From Naegleria gruberi (taxonomy: Eukaryota), in assembly GCA_000004985.1 (NCBI GenBank), contig GG738847.1: a DNA stretch of 64,000 bases, one strand, 5' to 3'. Position 1 is the stretch's first letter. Each line of letters starts with the position of its first letter. Position numbers and translations under genes: made by a program. Positions 22,294 through 33,661 of this stretch are shown one piece after another. The notes beneath the pieces were generated by a model. It searched no databases and was not told the origin of the DNA. It saw only the letters and a program-made list of their open reading frames with translations.

Positions 22294-22720
22294 AATTCAA
22301 ATCTCTATGTAGAATGGGCTTCAATATTCCCTCAATTTTCAGCATATAATATTAAGGAAGTTGTTCTTCACAAAATTTAAAATCTTTGATTTCCCTCTTC
22401 TTGTTGGAGATCTTTTTTTAAGTGGTCTTTGAGCGTAGGAGATTTTCTCAAAGGAATATGAGGAAGAAACAATGGTCCTTAGCATCGCTTTATAATGTCA
22501 ATGCAATTAAATGTTAATGGCTTAAAAATAGTGAGTTTATTACTCCATCAGAGAATTAATTGCAACCCTTCTTCCCAAATTCACCATTCGTAGCAGTAAA
22601 CTCAATTCATCATACTATGCCTTGAGAAAGTACGAAAATCGTTTATCGGAGGCTGCAGGACAATTTGTAATTTGAATAAATATTTAATTTTGTGTTCAAA
22701 AAAAATACGTAAACGACAAA

Positions 22721-22956
22721 ATGATCTACGATATCCATTCTGACTTGTTCTTGAGATTTGTTAGAAACAAGACTAACCGTGCTCACTTGAAGTATGTATA
22801 AAAACATTATGATAGTAATATTTATTCCGTTATATTAAATTCTTCACTATAACTTCATCATGACGTTATTCAATATTAAATAATAATAGGAAGCAAGAAA
22901 AGAGAGAAAAGAAGGAAGCTGGTAAGGCTACTGGCGACAAGATGGAAGACGAATAA
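22721..22956 (+). CDS. Candidate 45-aa protein encoded by two exons (MIYDIHSDLFLRFVRNKTNRAHLKKQEKREKKEAGKATGDKMEDE)
   Basis: ATG at 22721; donor GTATGT at 22792; acceptor AATAG|G at 22887-89; exon 2 is in frame to TAA at 22954-56. Exon 2 uses expression-biased codons (gct ggt aag gct act ggc gac aag). No family recognised. Confidence 0.3.
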
Positions 22957-23133
22957 ATTGTCTGAACCCCAATAAAACCTACTCCTCCTAAATTATTTAA
23001 ATAATATAAAAACTAATTTTAAAATTAATATCTGATTAACGACTAATATCTACAGTACGTGAAGAGAGTTTTCAACGTAGACATACAACAACAAAATTCC
23101 TTCTTAGTATTCATCGAAAAAGTAACAATCAAT

Positions 23134-24438
23134 TTATTCCTTCTTGGCTTCTGTGGTAGCTGAAGGAACAACTTCCTTCTTTGTTGGCATGGTAAAGGAG
23201 AGTTTACGAACAGAGAGGAATTCCTTGACTTGTTCATCGGTAATCTTCTTTCTTCTCTCTTGATGTTCGGCAACCATCTTTTGCAAGAGGTCAATCAATG
23301 CTCCCTTGACTTGACCAGTCAACATCTTACCAGTTGAGTACTTTTCACGAATATCTTCTAATTGGACATCATCTTCCAAGAAGAATTGCAAATATTGATA
23401 AGGAACGTCAACAGCCAAGTTAGCTCCATACTTTTCTTGGTCTTCCTTGGTGGCACCACCTCCAGAGAAGGCATGTTTGTTAATCTTATCCTTAATTTGC
23501 TTTGGAGTATCTGTCAAGAAGATTGAAGAAGTGTCAGATGAGGATGACATTTTCTTGTTAGCACCTTGCAAAGCAGGGAAGAATTTGGAGTGAATGAGAG
23601 CTGGCTTTTGGAAACCCAATTTTGGAGCAACATCTCTTGTCACTCTAAAGTATGGATCTTGATCAATAGCACATGGAATCAAACACATAATATCATTCTT
23701 TCTCTTTGTCTTCTTTTGCTTCTTTTTATCTTCAGCTGTTTCTGGGAAAATGTGTGGGAATGAAGTATAGAAGGAAGGAGCAGCTTGAATAGCAGGGAAT
23801 GAGAATTTACCAATATTATCGGAATCTTCAAAACCAAAAACACCTTTAACTTGACTACAAGTTACAGACTTTTCAATTTCGAGAACAGTTCTATATAAAT
23901 GTCCCATATAATCCAAATTGGAGAAGATGAAAGTCTTACTCATATCAAAACCACAGGCAATAATATCCTTGGCGTTTTCATAAGTCAAACGATGAGCTTC
24001 TTCCAATTCCAACTTTTTCCACAAGAACTTTTCATCATCGGTCATTTGAACTACCAAAGGAACATCAAAAACATCTTGCAAATATTTAGTAAACATGAAA
24101 GGAATCAAGTGACCCAAGTGCATTGATTCACTGGATGGTCCTCTACCAGTATATAAATAAAAAGGTTTGCCTTGTTCATAGTAATCCAACAATTTGTGCA
24201 TATCACGATGTGAGAAGAAAATTCCTCTCTTCAAAAAGTGGTGGACAGGCTTCTTGGTAACACGTTCAATACGTTCTAACAAATCTTCAGAAATTGCTTG
24301 AGAACCGAATTGATTAATTAATTTACCATAATCGACACCATCATCACCAGCATCAACATCCCAAGGGGTGACTATTTGTTCCTTCTTTTCTTGTTGTTGT
24401 TCAGTGCTTTGTATTGGTTCTTGTGGTTGTTCGGACAT
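23134..24438 (-). CDS. WARS: Tryptophanyl-tRNA synthetase, cytoplasmic type (class I)
   Basis: 434 aa, single exon; ATG at 24438 (caaaaaaATGtcc), TAA at 23134. Motifs are HLGHLIPF (HIGH-type) and KMSSSS (KMSKS-type). Strong overall similarity to eukaryotic TrpRS. Confidence 0.9.
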   Translation of the reverse strand: MSEQPQEPIQSTEQQQEKKEQIVTPWDVDAGDDGVDYGKLINQFGSQAISEDLLERIERVTKKPVHHFLKRGIFFSHRDMHKLLDYYEQGKPFYLYTGRGPSSESMHLGHLIPFMFTKYLQDVFDVPLVVQMTDDEKFLWKKLELEEAHRLTYENAKDIIACGFDMSKTFIFSNLDYMGHLYRTVLEIEKSVTCSQVKGVFGFEDSDNIGKFSFPAIQAAPSFYTSFPHIFPETAEDKKKQKKTKRKNDIMCLIPCAIDQDPYFRVTRDVAPKLGFQKPALIHSKFFPALQGANKKMSSSSDTSSIFLTDTPKQIKDKINKHAFSGGGATKEDQEKYGANLAVDVPYQYLQFFLEDDVQLEDIREKYSTGKMLTGQVKGALIDLLQKMVAEHQERRKKITDEQVKEFLSVRKLSFTMPTKKEVVPSATTEAKKE

Positions 24439-24803
24439 TTTTTTGATTTTGAATTTTTAATTATTAATTATTTTTAAATTTTTATTGAAAATATGAGTAA
24501 TGAGAAAATTTAAGAATAGAACGATGATGAAATAATGGCAAAAGGTGCAAATGTAAAAACGAAGGTTTTGTCTTCCTTCAAATCTCGGAGAGGGACGAAT
24601 GAAATTGAACAAGGATTTTGCTTGAATTTCAAAATCTATTTTTATGATCAAAGATGAATTGTTTACAATTACATTGAATCTGAATCCTCACCTCTGTGGA
24701 GTGTTATCATTGAAGCTTTGTTCTTTTGAGTATGGTTTAAGATTCATTTCTGGGCAGAAGGACTTTTTCTAATAAAATTGTTCTGAGAACATCACATATA
24801 ATC

Positions 24804-25952
24804 TTAATCGGAGGATACTTCTTCCTTCATTGCTTGCATTATCCACTGATAAAATTCAATACTGATTGGATCGAGCTTGAGTTTTTCTTGAACCTTCTTG
24901 ATAAAATCTTCATTCATTTCTCTCGAGTGGAGCATACACTCTGACCATGGCTTATTGAGGAAGGTCATGATTGATTTGCACACTTGGAGTGTACATCCAG
25001 CTACTGAGTGGAATGGTAAACATCTGAATAGACCACTGATAGGTGGTTTGGCCAAATAATTAGGAGAAATTCTCAGCACTTTGGCATTTGGATCCCATTC
25101 CACTTTACATTTACAAATTTTACACTTTCTATCAACAATAAGGCAAGAGTAAATATCATTGAGATTGATTCTTGAAACTGAACGTTCTTCTGGAGTTGCT
25201 GATCTGAATTCACCAATTTCCATAATATTTGCATCCAAAGCTGCCACACTGAGCATTGGTGGAATATTCTTATTCAAGTGCTTGAATACATTCAAAATAT
25301 CTGGAATGTTAGAAATTTCAAAAGCGAAAAAGTCTCGTATCATGTCAATATTTCCAAGAGGAAATTCCAGAGGGGCCATCTTTTTCTCAACAATCATTTC
25401 CATCCTATCCAACCACTCCTTTTGTTTTCCTTTAATAAATGCCATATGAGGGTCATACAATATCTTTTTAAGGAAATCAGCAGTTACCTGATGTGACTTG
25501 TTGTGATCTTTAAAGAAGCAATTTACATTAATTTCCGCAGAAAATTTGAAAGCAACTTGTAGAGCATTCATGATGTTTCTACAAAATCTTGGTGCTGTTG
25601 TACTCAAAATAATTTCAACAAAACTTCCAATGGTCATTGATGTATCCTCTGCAACAAATCTTGCAACAAACCAAGGATCAAAATCTGTTGGATCATAAAT
25701 CCAAAACGTTGTATCATCCTTTCTTTCAATATGACTATTGAATGGATTTAATTTGCCAGAGTTTGTAGATGAAGTAGTATCGGATTGTTGAGGTGGTGTT
25801 TTGGAAAACATTTCATTAAACTCTGCCAATGATATATCATAATTTACTCCTTTCTTTCTCTTGAGAGGTGGTATATTCTCTCCATTTTCTCCCTTCTTCG
25901 GAGTGAGGTGGTTTACATCTTCATGACGAGTGATAAAGATTGAACAGGTCAT
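24804..25952 (-). CDS. Hypothetical protein (382 aa) with a C-terminal Cys cluster (CKICKC...C-x3-H...C)
   Basis: ATG at 25952, single ORF. No confident family assignment. Confidence 0.5.
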   Translation of the reverse strand: MTCSIFITRHEDVNHLTPKKGENGENIPPLKRKKGVNYDISLAEFNEMFSKTPPQQSDTTSSTNSGKLNPFNSHIERKDDTTFWIYDPTDFDPWFVARFVAEDTSMTIGSFVEIILSTTAPRFCRNIMNALQVAFKFSAEINVNCFFKDHNKSHQVTADFLKKILYDPHMAFIKGKQKEWLDRMEMIVEKKMAPLEFPLGNIDMIRDFFAFEISNIPDILNVFKHLNKNIPPMLSVAALDANIMEIGEFRSATPEERSVSRINLNDIYSCLIVDRKCKICKCKVEWDPNAKVLRISPNYLAKPPISGLFRCLPFHSVAGCTLQVCKSIMTFLNKPWSECMLHSREMNEDFIKKVQEKLKLDPISIEFYQWIMQAMKEEVSSD

Positions 25953-26072
25953 GTTATTTTTTTTTGAAAATCATAATCGTAGATATTTTTGGAGGGAAAC
26001 TAGACAAACATGGAACGTATCTAATTATTTCACATATTGTTGTTGAATTACATGATCATGTAATTTCAAATA

Positions 26073-27608
26073 TTATGTTGTTGTTAATTGAATACCAATT
26101 GGTAGTGAGCTTGAAATGTAAATGAAGAAACAAACCTTGTTTTTCAAAAAGGAGAAAATTCCTCCATCATTACTAGGAGAGGATTGAGAATTGGCAGAAG
26201 AGTGTGAATTACTATTCACTCCCACTTGAGAAATATTTCCATAATGTCCAGGAAGGAAGGAGTAAAGTTTTTCAGACCCTCCTTTTGTGTTATTGATTTC
26301 GAATGCTGGAATATCACCATGATTAGTATTGTTGGGTTGAAGGGTATTGAGGGTTGGTATCTTTTTCATATCTTTGGTTTTGGGATTGAGAATAATTTTG
26401 AGGTATTCTTTCATTTCCATATTCAAATGTTCAGGGAATATTACATCAAATAATACAACTAGGTTTCCATATTGTCCTTTTTTGCCTTTAATAGGCATTC
26501 CTTTTCCAGGGATAGCTTTCTTTTGACCTGGCTGAATGACTTCATCAACCTTGACCACAATTTTTGAATTGTTTTCAATAGAGTCCAGAGTAATATTGAA
26601 TCCTGTCAGAGCTTCCAATAATGTAATAGTTCTATTAATTAACAAGTCATCTCCACTGTATAGAAATTATCAGAATGTTTAACATAAATAATGCTATTCA
26701 AGAAAATAAAACATACACTCTCTGAAATTCCTTATGAGGAATTTGATGAATTTGAAAGATAATATCACCAGTGCTCTTATTTTGCCATTCATCACCTTGA
26801 TTTTTCAAAACGATACGCTCTCCATCAGCAGTGCCTGGTTCCACATTTACAGTTACAGTATTTACCTCATTCACCAATTTTCTTCCTTTACAAGTGTCAC
26901 ATTTTTTAGTGACATATTGTCCTCTTCCTTCGCAATCCATACAGATGGTAGAGAATTGTTGTACAATATTTCTTGGTAGAGTTCTTCTCATAATTCTTCT
27001 ACCAGTTCCTTTACATGCCTTACAATAGAAAACATGTTCATTTGAGAATGCTCCAGTGCCATTGCAAGTTCTGCATAGGATTTTCCTCTTTTTGGTAAAT
27101 TCTCTCTTGCATCCATGATAGAGTTCCTCTAATGTCACTTCAATAGCGATTACCATTTCCTCTTCCGGTTCCTCTGTTGAGGCATTTGGTTTCTGTCCTC
27201 CAAATAATGATTGAAAGAATCCAAACTGATTTAGATACATATCGAATGGATTCATAACAGAATCAGTCTGGTCAAAATTCTGACTATTCAATCCAGATTC
27301 TCCAAAGGCATCATATTGTTGTCTTTTATCTGGATTTGATAACAATTCGTAGGCTTCAGTAATTTCTTGAAATTTACTTGTAATTTCCGCTTGATTTGCC
27401 TTTGGATTTAAATCGGGATGGTATTGTTTTGCCAATTTCCGATAACTTTGTTTAATTTCCTCATCCGAACAATCCTTTTCTATTAATTAATACAAATTAA
27501 ATTGGCAACATTATAATTATATTAAAATTATTAAATTATTAAATTGTTAAATCGTACCCAATCCGAGAAGCTTGTAGTAATCGTGTTTTGGAGATTTATT
27601 TTTACTCA
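26073..27608 (-). CDS. DnaJ/Hsp40, type I (DNAJA-like): J domain, G/F region, CxxCxGxG zinc finger, C-terminal domains; 3 exons
   Basis: Exon 1 is ~27557..27608 (MSKNKSPKHDYYKLLGL). Intron 1 is ~27480..27556 (GTACGA...AATAG). Exon 2 is ~26717..27479 (EKDCSDEEIKQSYRKLAKQYHPD ... four CxxC repeats). Intron 2 is ~26656..26716 (GTATGT...ACAG). Exon 3 is 26073..26655 (GDDLLINRTITLLEALTGF...). There is no CaaX end. A strong AAG|GTTTGT donor at ~26110 may mark a further short 3' intron. Confidence 0.75.
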
Positions 27609-27754
27609 TTTTTTTTAAATGTTAATAACAGACTTTAATGATATCACACTGAAATGAAAACGAAAGTATATTCTTCGAAACTCTTTGGTTCTTATTGTAA
27701 TCAGTGAATAATTATAAATATTAGTTTACTTCATTCTAATGAAAATATTGTACT

Positions 27755-29056
27755 CTAATCCTTCTTATTTCCTTCAATGTGTTCCTTAGTATACTTTTCG
27801 AGACGTTCTTGTTCTTGTTCCTTAGTTTCTTTCACATTAAACCTTTCTTTTCCATCCCAAATATAGGCAATCAGTTTAATACCATCAAATAATCTTCCAT
27901 GATTTTCACTAATACATGTTCTTGCTGCATGAAGTGTCTTGAAACGAATTTCGACAACACCATCAGGATTTTCAGGGTAGAGTTTGATTTTTTCAATCTT
28001 TCCATATTTTTCCATTTCTGGTTTGATTTCATCTTTGAGTTCTGCACCAAAGAGTGGATTTGAAGAGAAATCATCTGGAACAAACATGTGTTTCAAAATG
28101 ACAGTTCTATCAGATGGTTCTGCAGTCTCAGTGGTAACATCTGGATCATCGGCAAATCCCCAGTGAAGTTTCTTATTTTCCTTCTCCTTAATTTGCTTTC
28201 TTCTATTATGGTATTCGAGACTAATGTTGGCATCATAATTTTCTGGCTTGGTAAATTCTGCTCTTGTCACAGTAATGGTTGAACCATCTCCAAACAATGA
28301 AGCACCATCAAATAAAGTGATTGCCAAGTCAATGCTCTCCTCTTTTAAAAAGGTAACTCTTGCATCACCCTTCAGAGATCCATCATCATTTCTATACAGC
28401 TTGACTTTTGGTTGTTCTGTAAATGGATCAGTTTTTATAATACCACACTTGGAAAATTCATCAATTAACAATTGATTATGGACCTTCTTTTCATCAAGAG
28501 GTAGTCCACTAATATAAATCGATGTATTGAATTGAGAATGCCAACCAGGAGCAAAATCATTCTTTCTCTTCTTTTGGTAAGGTTCCCCATTTTCTTGATC
28601 CATCATTGATTTTATATTTCCTCTCTTTTCCTTCTTTTCCTTTCTTTCCATTTCCAATTGTTCACGTAATTTTAAAGCCTTTTCCTTCTCCAATCGTTCA
28701 AATCTCATCTCATCAGTTTCCTCAAAGTGATAAATTGATTGTTGATTTTCAAATTGTGCCTCCTCTACAAATGGAAGCCAAGCCTGTTGATCTCCATGAT
28801 AGCAATATTCCAATCCAGTTTCGGGATCAACAAATACCTGTCCATCTTGTATGATACCAGTTGGAAATTTTGTTGTTGAATTTTCTATATTATTATTATT
28901 ATTAGTACTATTATCTGTTGTTTGTTCTTCTTGATCCGATGACGATGACTGTTTCTCCACCACCACAGCATTAGTCTCACTTGCTGATGTTGTTTCTTCT
29001 TGATTTTCCATTTTTTTCAAATTGTTATTATTAATTTTGATGAAGAGCTTGAACAT
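27755..29056 (-). CDS. HTATSF1: HIV Tat-specific factor 1 / Cus2 homolog (U2 snRNP-associated, two RRMs)
   Basis: RRM1 is NTSIYISGLP...VKLYRNDDGSLKGDARVTFLKEESIDLAITLFDG. RRM2 is RTVILKHMFVPDDF...VVEIRFKTLHAARTCISENHGRLFDG. The first ATG is at 29056. A second in-frame ATG at 29011 (MENQEE) has a better aaaaaaATG context. Confidence 0.8.
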   Translation of the reverse strand: MFKLFIKINNNNLKKMENQEETTSASETNAVVVEKQSSSSDQEEQTTDNSTNNNNNIENSTTKFPTGIIQDGQVFVDPETGLEYCYHGDQQAWLPFVEEAQFENQQSIYHFEETDEMRFERLEKEKALKLREQLEMERKEKKEKRGNIKSMMDQENGEPYQKKRKNDFAPGWHSQFNTSIYISGLPLDEKKVHNQLLIDEFSKCGIIKTDPFTEQPKVKLYRNDDGSLKGDARVTFLKEESIDLAITLFDGASLFGDGSTITVTRAEFTKPENYDANISLEYHNRRKQIKEKENKKLHWGFADDPDVTTETAEPSDRTVILKHMFVPDDFSSNPLFGAELKDEIKPEMEKYGKIEKIKLYPENPDGVVEIRFKTLHAARTCISENHGRLFDGIKLIAYIWDGKERFNVKETKEQEQERLEKYTKEHIEGNKKD

Positions 29057-29217
29057 GTAGTTTAATCCCTCATCATCATCGGAATGAATTAATTTATCAT
29101 CAATTGATTTCCCATCACCATCAAATATTAATTATAATAAAAATTAAATTTGCATCATTAATTTCAAAAATGCAGTAAAACTTCAAAAAAAATTCAATTA
29201 ATAATTTAAGAATCGGA

Positions 29218-30756
29218 ATGAAGAAGACAACGTTTGTTAGGAAGGGAGCCTCTCTTCAGAGACAACTCCCAACAGGTACCAAACCATCTGTACACAATGG
29301 ACAATTACTCGTCTCATCAGGTCTTCACGATTTGGATAGTATTATTGGTGGTGGTTTTCCTTTGGGAAGTTTGGTTTTAATTGAAGAGGATCGTTATAGT
29401 GAATATTGTCAGAATTTGATGAGGTATTTCCTCTCGGAGGGTGTTACTAATAGACACTCTGTTGTCTGTGGTATTTTCAATCAACAACAAATTGCTCAAC
29501 AACAAGCATCATCATCATTGCTTCATCCTTCTCTTTCCTCTGTTTTTGCTTTTAATTATTCACGTTTTAAACAAGAACAAGAATTGAAGGAAGAAGAAAA
29601 GGAAGCCTCTACTACTGCTCAAACATCTGCTACTTTACCAGAAAAAACCGAAGAACAACAACCAACAAAACCAGCCTCTAATAGTATTATGGATAGATTG
29701 AATAGAAAAATTGGAGCCAATGCTGCATCTAATAGTAGTGGAGGTTCTACTACTCAACTCTCTAATTCAACTTCTCAATCAGGAAATGATAGTGAATTGA
29801 AAATTGCTTGGAGATATCAAGATTTCGTCGAACAACAAATCAAGGCCAAACAACAACGTGGTACATCATCTTCTGCTAGCTCTGGAGAAAAGAGTGGTGT
29901 TATTGGTACTGTTTTGTGTAGTGAATATGATTTGAGTAAGAATATGCAAGAGGAATTAATCAAGGAAAATTTGGATGGTATTCATGTCTTGTTTGATAAG
30001 GATGAAATTTTCGAAAGTGACAAGGAAGAAATTAAAATGTTCTACGATGACATACTGAAAAAGATTGCCAATATTATCACAGAGAGTAAGAAGCATTTTG
30101 CTTCAACAGCTACTGGAAATGAAATTTCAAGCAGAGCAGTTGTTAGAATTGGATTACAATCACTGGGATCATTGTTCTATAATTCTGGATCCAATACTCA
30201 CCATCATAATTACATGCTCAGATTCCTTTTACAATTGAAGAGTCTTTTGAGGTCTAGTCTTTCAGTTTGTGTCTGTACAATTCCAAAGGTAGCTCTTCAA
30301 ATGATGTCATCATCTTTGATTCAACAATTGGAACAATTATCGGATTTATCCATGTCTATTGACAGTTTTACAGGATCTCAATTGGATGTTAGTGATTGGG
30401 AATTTAAGGAATATAGTGGACTTTTCTACATTAAGAAACTTTTCAAGATGAACTCTCTGACCTATAATTTCACTCCTGATACTTTGAATTATGCTTTCAA
30501 GATTAAGAAGAGAAAAATGTACATTGAAAAGTTGCACCTTCCACCAGAAGAAACCAGAGAAGCCTCAAATCCTGATCGACCAAAGTTCAAAGCTTCCAAC
30601 GATGTCGAAAGACACAAACTCAAAGTTAACAAGGTTTTGAAGGAAGTTCCATCTGTGAATCAACAAAATGATCAATCACTTCAACAAGCAGATGATCACG
30701 TTTTTGGTTGTGCATCTCAGTCAAGTGTGACAGGATCTAATCCATTAGATTTCTAA
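29218..30756 (+). CDS. ELP4: Elongator complex subunit 4
   Basis: 512 aa. Motifs: GTKPSVHNGQLLVSSGLHDLDSIIGGGFPLGSLVLIEED, KIAWRYQ, VRIGLQSLGS, EKLHLPPE. ATG at 29218. Confidence 0.8.
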   Translation: MKKTTFVRKGASLQRQLPTGTKPSVHNGQLLVSSGLHDLDSIIGGGFPLGSLVLIEEDRYSEYCQNLMRYFLSEGVTNRHSVVCGIFNQQQIAQQQASSSLLHPSLSSVFAFNYSRFKQEQELKEEEKEASTTAQTSATLPEKTEEQQPTKPASNSIMDRLNRKIGANAASNSSGGSTTQLSNSTSQSGNDSELKIAWRYQDFVEQQIKAKQQRGTSSSASSGEKSGVIGTVLCSEYDLSKNMQEELIKENLDGIHVLFDKDEIFESDKEEIKMFYDDILKKIANIITESKKHFASTATGNEISSRAVVRIGLQSLGSLFYNSGSNTHHHNYMLRFLLQLKSLLRSSLSVCVCTIPKVALQMMSSSLIQQLEQLSDLSMSIDSFTGSQLDVSDWEFKEYSGLFYIKKLFKMNSLTYNFTPDTLNYAFKIKKRKMYIEKLHLPPEETREASNPDRPKFKASNDVERHKLKVNKVLKEVPSVNQQNDQSLQQADDHVFGCASQSSVTGSNPLDF

Positions 30757-30829
30757 TAAATTAATTTATTGTTTTTCTTTTGTTTGAAAGAATGTTGTTC
30801 TCTCTGTTGTTGAATCAATGAGTTCTTCT

Positions 30830-31419
30830 TCATCCACGTCTTCTTCCCTGGGTTGGTTGATTCAATTTTGCTGAGCTGGAATGTTTGCTAGATGATGTCA
30901 ATTTACTAGTTGCTGGTAAATTGATTTCTCGTTGTTCTCTCCAATAGCACGAAAATTCTCCAACCAATGTCATGATAATTCCGTGTAAAACAATAAAGAC
31001 ATACCATTCCCAATAAACTGGAAATGCCTTGTAAATGATACAGAAAATCAAATGAATAACATGGAAAGTAATTGTGAAATCCATGCATTTCTTACTACGT
31101 CTTACAATCATGAATAGTAAAAATCCACTATTATATTAATCAATCGGAATACATATTAACTCAACAGAAAATTCCAAAATCCTTACCCCACAAAACCATC
31201 CAATACCCAAATTCCAATACTAATCCATCCAAACAAACTGAAAACAGAAATGGCCTTATATGAGAATATCTGTTCCAATGTCGGAACGTATCCGAATGGT
31301 AAATCCACCACCACACACATTAATACCAATAAAAAATAATTCATCAATTGAATTAATAATATTTGCAAAATAATTAGCCAAGCATCGCTTATCGAACGTC
31401 CCAATGATACTTGAAGCAT
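30830..31419 (-). CDS. Small multi-pass membrane protein (hypothetical); 2 exons
   Basis: Exon 1 is 31187..31419 (ATG at 31419; donor GG|GTAAGG). Intron is 31101..31186. Exon 2 is 30830..31100 (acceptor TTGTAAG|A). About 165 aa with 4 predicted TM helices and a basic C-terminus. Confidence 0.5.
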
Positions 31420-31694
31420 ATTTTCATCTACTTGTTTTTATATTTACAATCTAATCCTCTCTTTATACAAAATTTTCTTTTCTCCAACTCTCCGATTATT
31501 ATTGTCTTTTTGATTATTTACAACTCTGAGTTTTTTAATAATTGACAATAAAATATTTCCTTCTGCTGATGCGTTGAATTGTGTTGTTTTATTTTTTTAA
31601 ATTAATTTTTTAAAAATAGATTTTGAAATAGAAAAAACATGTCATCAAATGAAAAAACACACAAATCGAATGTCGAGCACCCGTTTTATTTCCC

Positions 31695-33130
31695 TTAACA
31701 TATTTTAATAAGGAATCGATACAAATCTTGACTTTTAACATTCATGAGACAGGTATCTTTGAGATGGGAGGCAAATTGAATCGAGTATTCATCAAATTTT
31801 CCACAAACCTTCTCAAAGATTTGAATGTGAGTTTTGACACAGCTCAGATCAGCTTGTTCATCTGAGTAACAAGTCTTGGAAGGGTTTAATCTCATCATAT
31901 CGTCAATGAATTGCTTTCTATACTTTTGAAGTGTTCCTAGATTGAATTGGGTGCTCATTTGGGAGAAGATTAGGTCAGTTCTTGCTTTCTTCTTTAAGAA
32001 GGTGTGATATTCGGTTTCGTATCGAACGAATGTTTCCATGGAGGATTCTAACTTGGCCTTTGTCATTCTCTTGATGAGATAATCTTCATAGACAAATCTG
32101 GAATTGAGTGGCTTTCTGATTGGATTATTGACCTTTCGTCTTGGTTTTGTTTCATGATAAGTTGAAACATTTCCTTGGAAATAAATCAAAGTTTCATCCT
32201 CAAAGGACATGTCACCATATTTACAAACATGTGATGTTGAAGTTTCCTTCAAAACATGATCAAATTGTTCAGCAATAGTTTCCTTTCGAATATCACAAAA
32301 ATCAGTATCATTCATCCAATTAATCGAATAGCAATCATTCAAATAAGCTCCAAATATATCACTATAATCACATGCATACGATGATTCAAAAGGAGTCGAA
32401 GCAGTTTCTGCATAAACATTCAAATTAGCATTCAGTACAGAATTAAACATGCTTCCACTCTCACAAGCTTCCACATAAAACAACACTTGACTATACATTC
32501 TCTTCTTATACATATACTGAAGTGTTTCTAATAAATCTTTCGAATGCAATACATTAAATCCAGGGAAAGCCAAAATATTGGTAGCTCCATGATCAGCAAA
32601 ATAAATGAAAATCCTATCATTTGGTCCACTTTTCAATGTCTTTCCATTTCCTCTAGTGATATTCGAATCTCCTCTGAGAACTGAGAGGAAAACATCAGGT
32701 GTAACATCTTCACCTCTATAATCAATAGCTTCCTTTCCAGGATAAACATTGGTGCCATTATATTCATTGATAATGACACCTTTTTGTGGGTTATCATGAT
32801 TGAAGGCAATGTCATCGAACATGAAGGTGATAATATTTGAAGCAGGAATTCCTCTATCAGTTACAATTTTGTAAGCATGACAAATCTAGAGTTTACAAAA
32901 ATTGTAAAGTGGCTTAATGAGAAATGAAAAGGTAGATTGAAACTTACATCGGCTTGATGTCTATAGTTAAAGTATCCATTCGAACCTGCTACGAGAATAA
33001 CCCAATTTTGACCTTTCGGATTTTGAACATTAAATGTTGGATTATTTTTGTTAATATTAAAAGAAGAAACTCTGGAGAGTAAACAGAGAAAGCCAACAAT
33101 CAACAACACTGAATGTAGTTTAGCTTGCAT
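31695..33130 (-). CDS. Legumain / asparaginyl endopeptidase (peptidase C13); 2 exons
   Basis: Exon 1 is 32948..33130 (signal peptide; NWVILVAGSNGYFNYRHQAD; donor GAT|GTAAGT). Intron is 32886..32947. Exon 2 is 31695..32885 (ICHAYKIVTDRGIP...IFIYFADHGATNILAFP...VLFYVEACESGSMF). Catalytic His and Cys are present. Confidence 0.85.
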
Positions 33131-33661
33131 GATTGATGCTATTATTTTGAAGAATAAAAATCAATTGGAAAGACTATACGAATTCAATTTATAAAAAGAA
33201 ATGTATTAATCAGCATTCTTTCCAATCTAGGTGTTATTCCTTTTCAAAAATGTAGAATTCAATGAAACATTTTAGGACTATCCAAGTTATTCGAAACATT
33301 ATCATTTGGCTGATGGATAGTTAGGTTGAAAATAATTCTAAATACAATCATATGTTGCTGTTCTGTTTTGATAGATTGTCATACAAATAAGAACGCTTTT
33401 TATTTTGTAAAAGTGCTGATTACAATGCCAAGGGTGTAAGCAATGAAACCAATAATTCCATTTCTTGTTACCGTTATTAGAGAGGAGCATTATGATTAGA
33501 ATGTGTTAATAACAAAATTTTCAAAACCAATTCATTGGTATTATCAGCTAAAGAGTTAAACTTTGAAATAAATTCTATTAATTGTAGTATATTGCAATTA
33601 ACAAATGGTTTTCTTTATTCAAATACAAACCAATTATTCCTAGTCCAATTCTTTGAGTTTA

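Noticed and set aside
23043-23294. 83-aa minus-strand ORF overlapping the WARS 3' end
   Set aside because: It lies in a different frame from the TrpRS C-terminus and 3' UTR, with no support.
26073-26160. Hydrophobic C-terminal tail of DnaJ (VCFFIYISSSLPIGIQLTTT) as a membrane anchor
   Set aside because: It more likely results from reading through a final short intron (a strong AAG|GTTTGT donor sits at ~26110). The true C-terminus is unresolved without transcript data.
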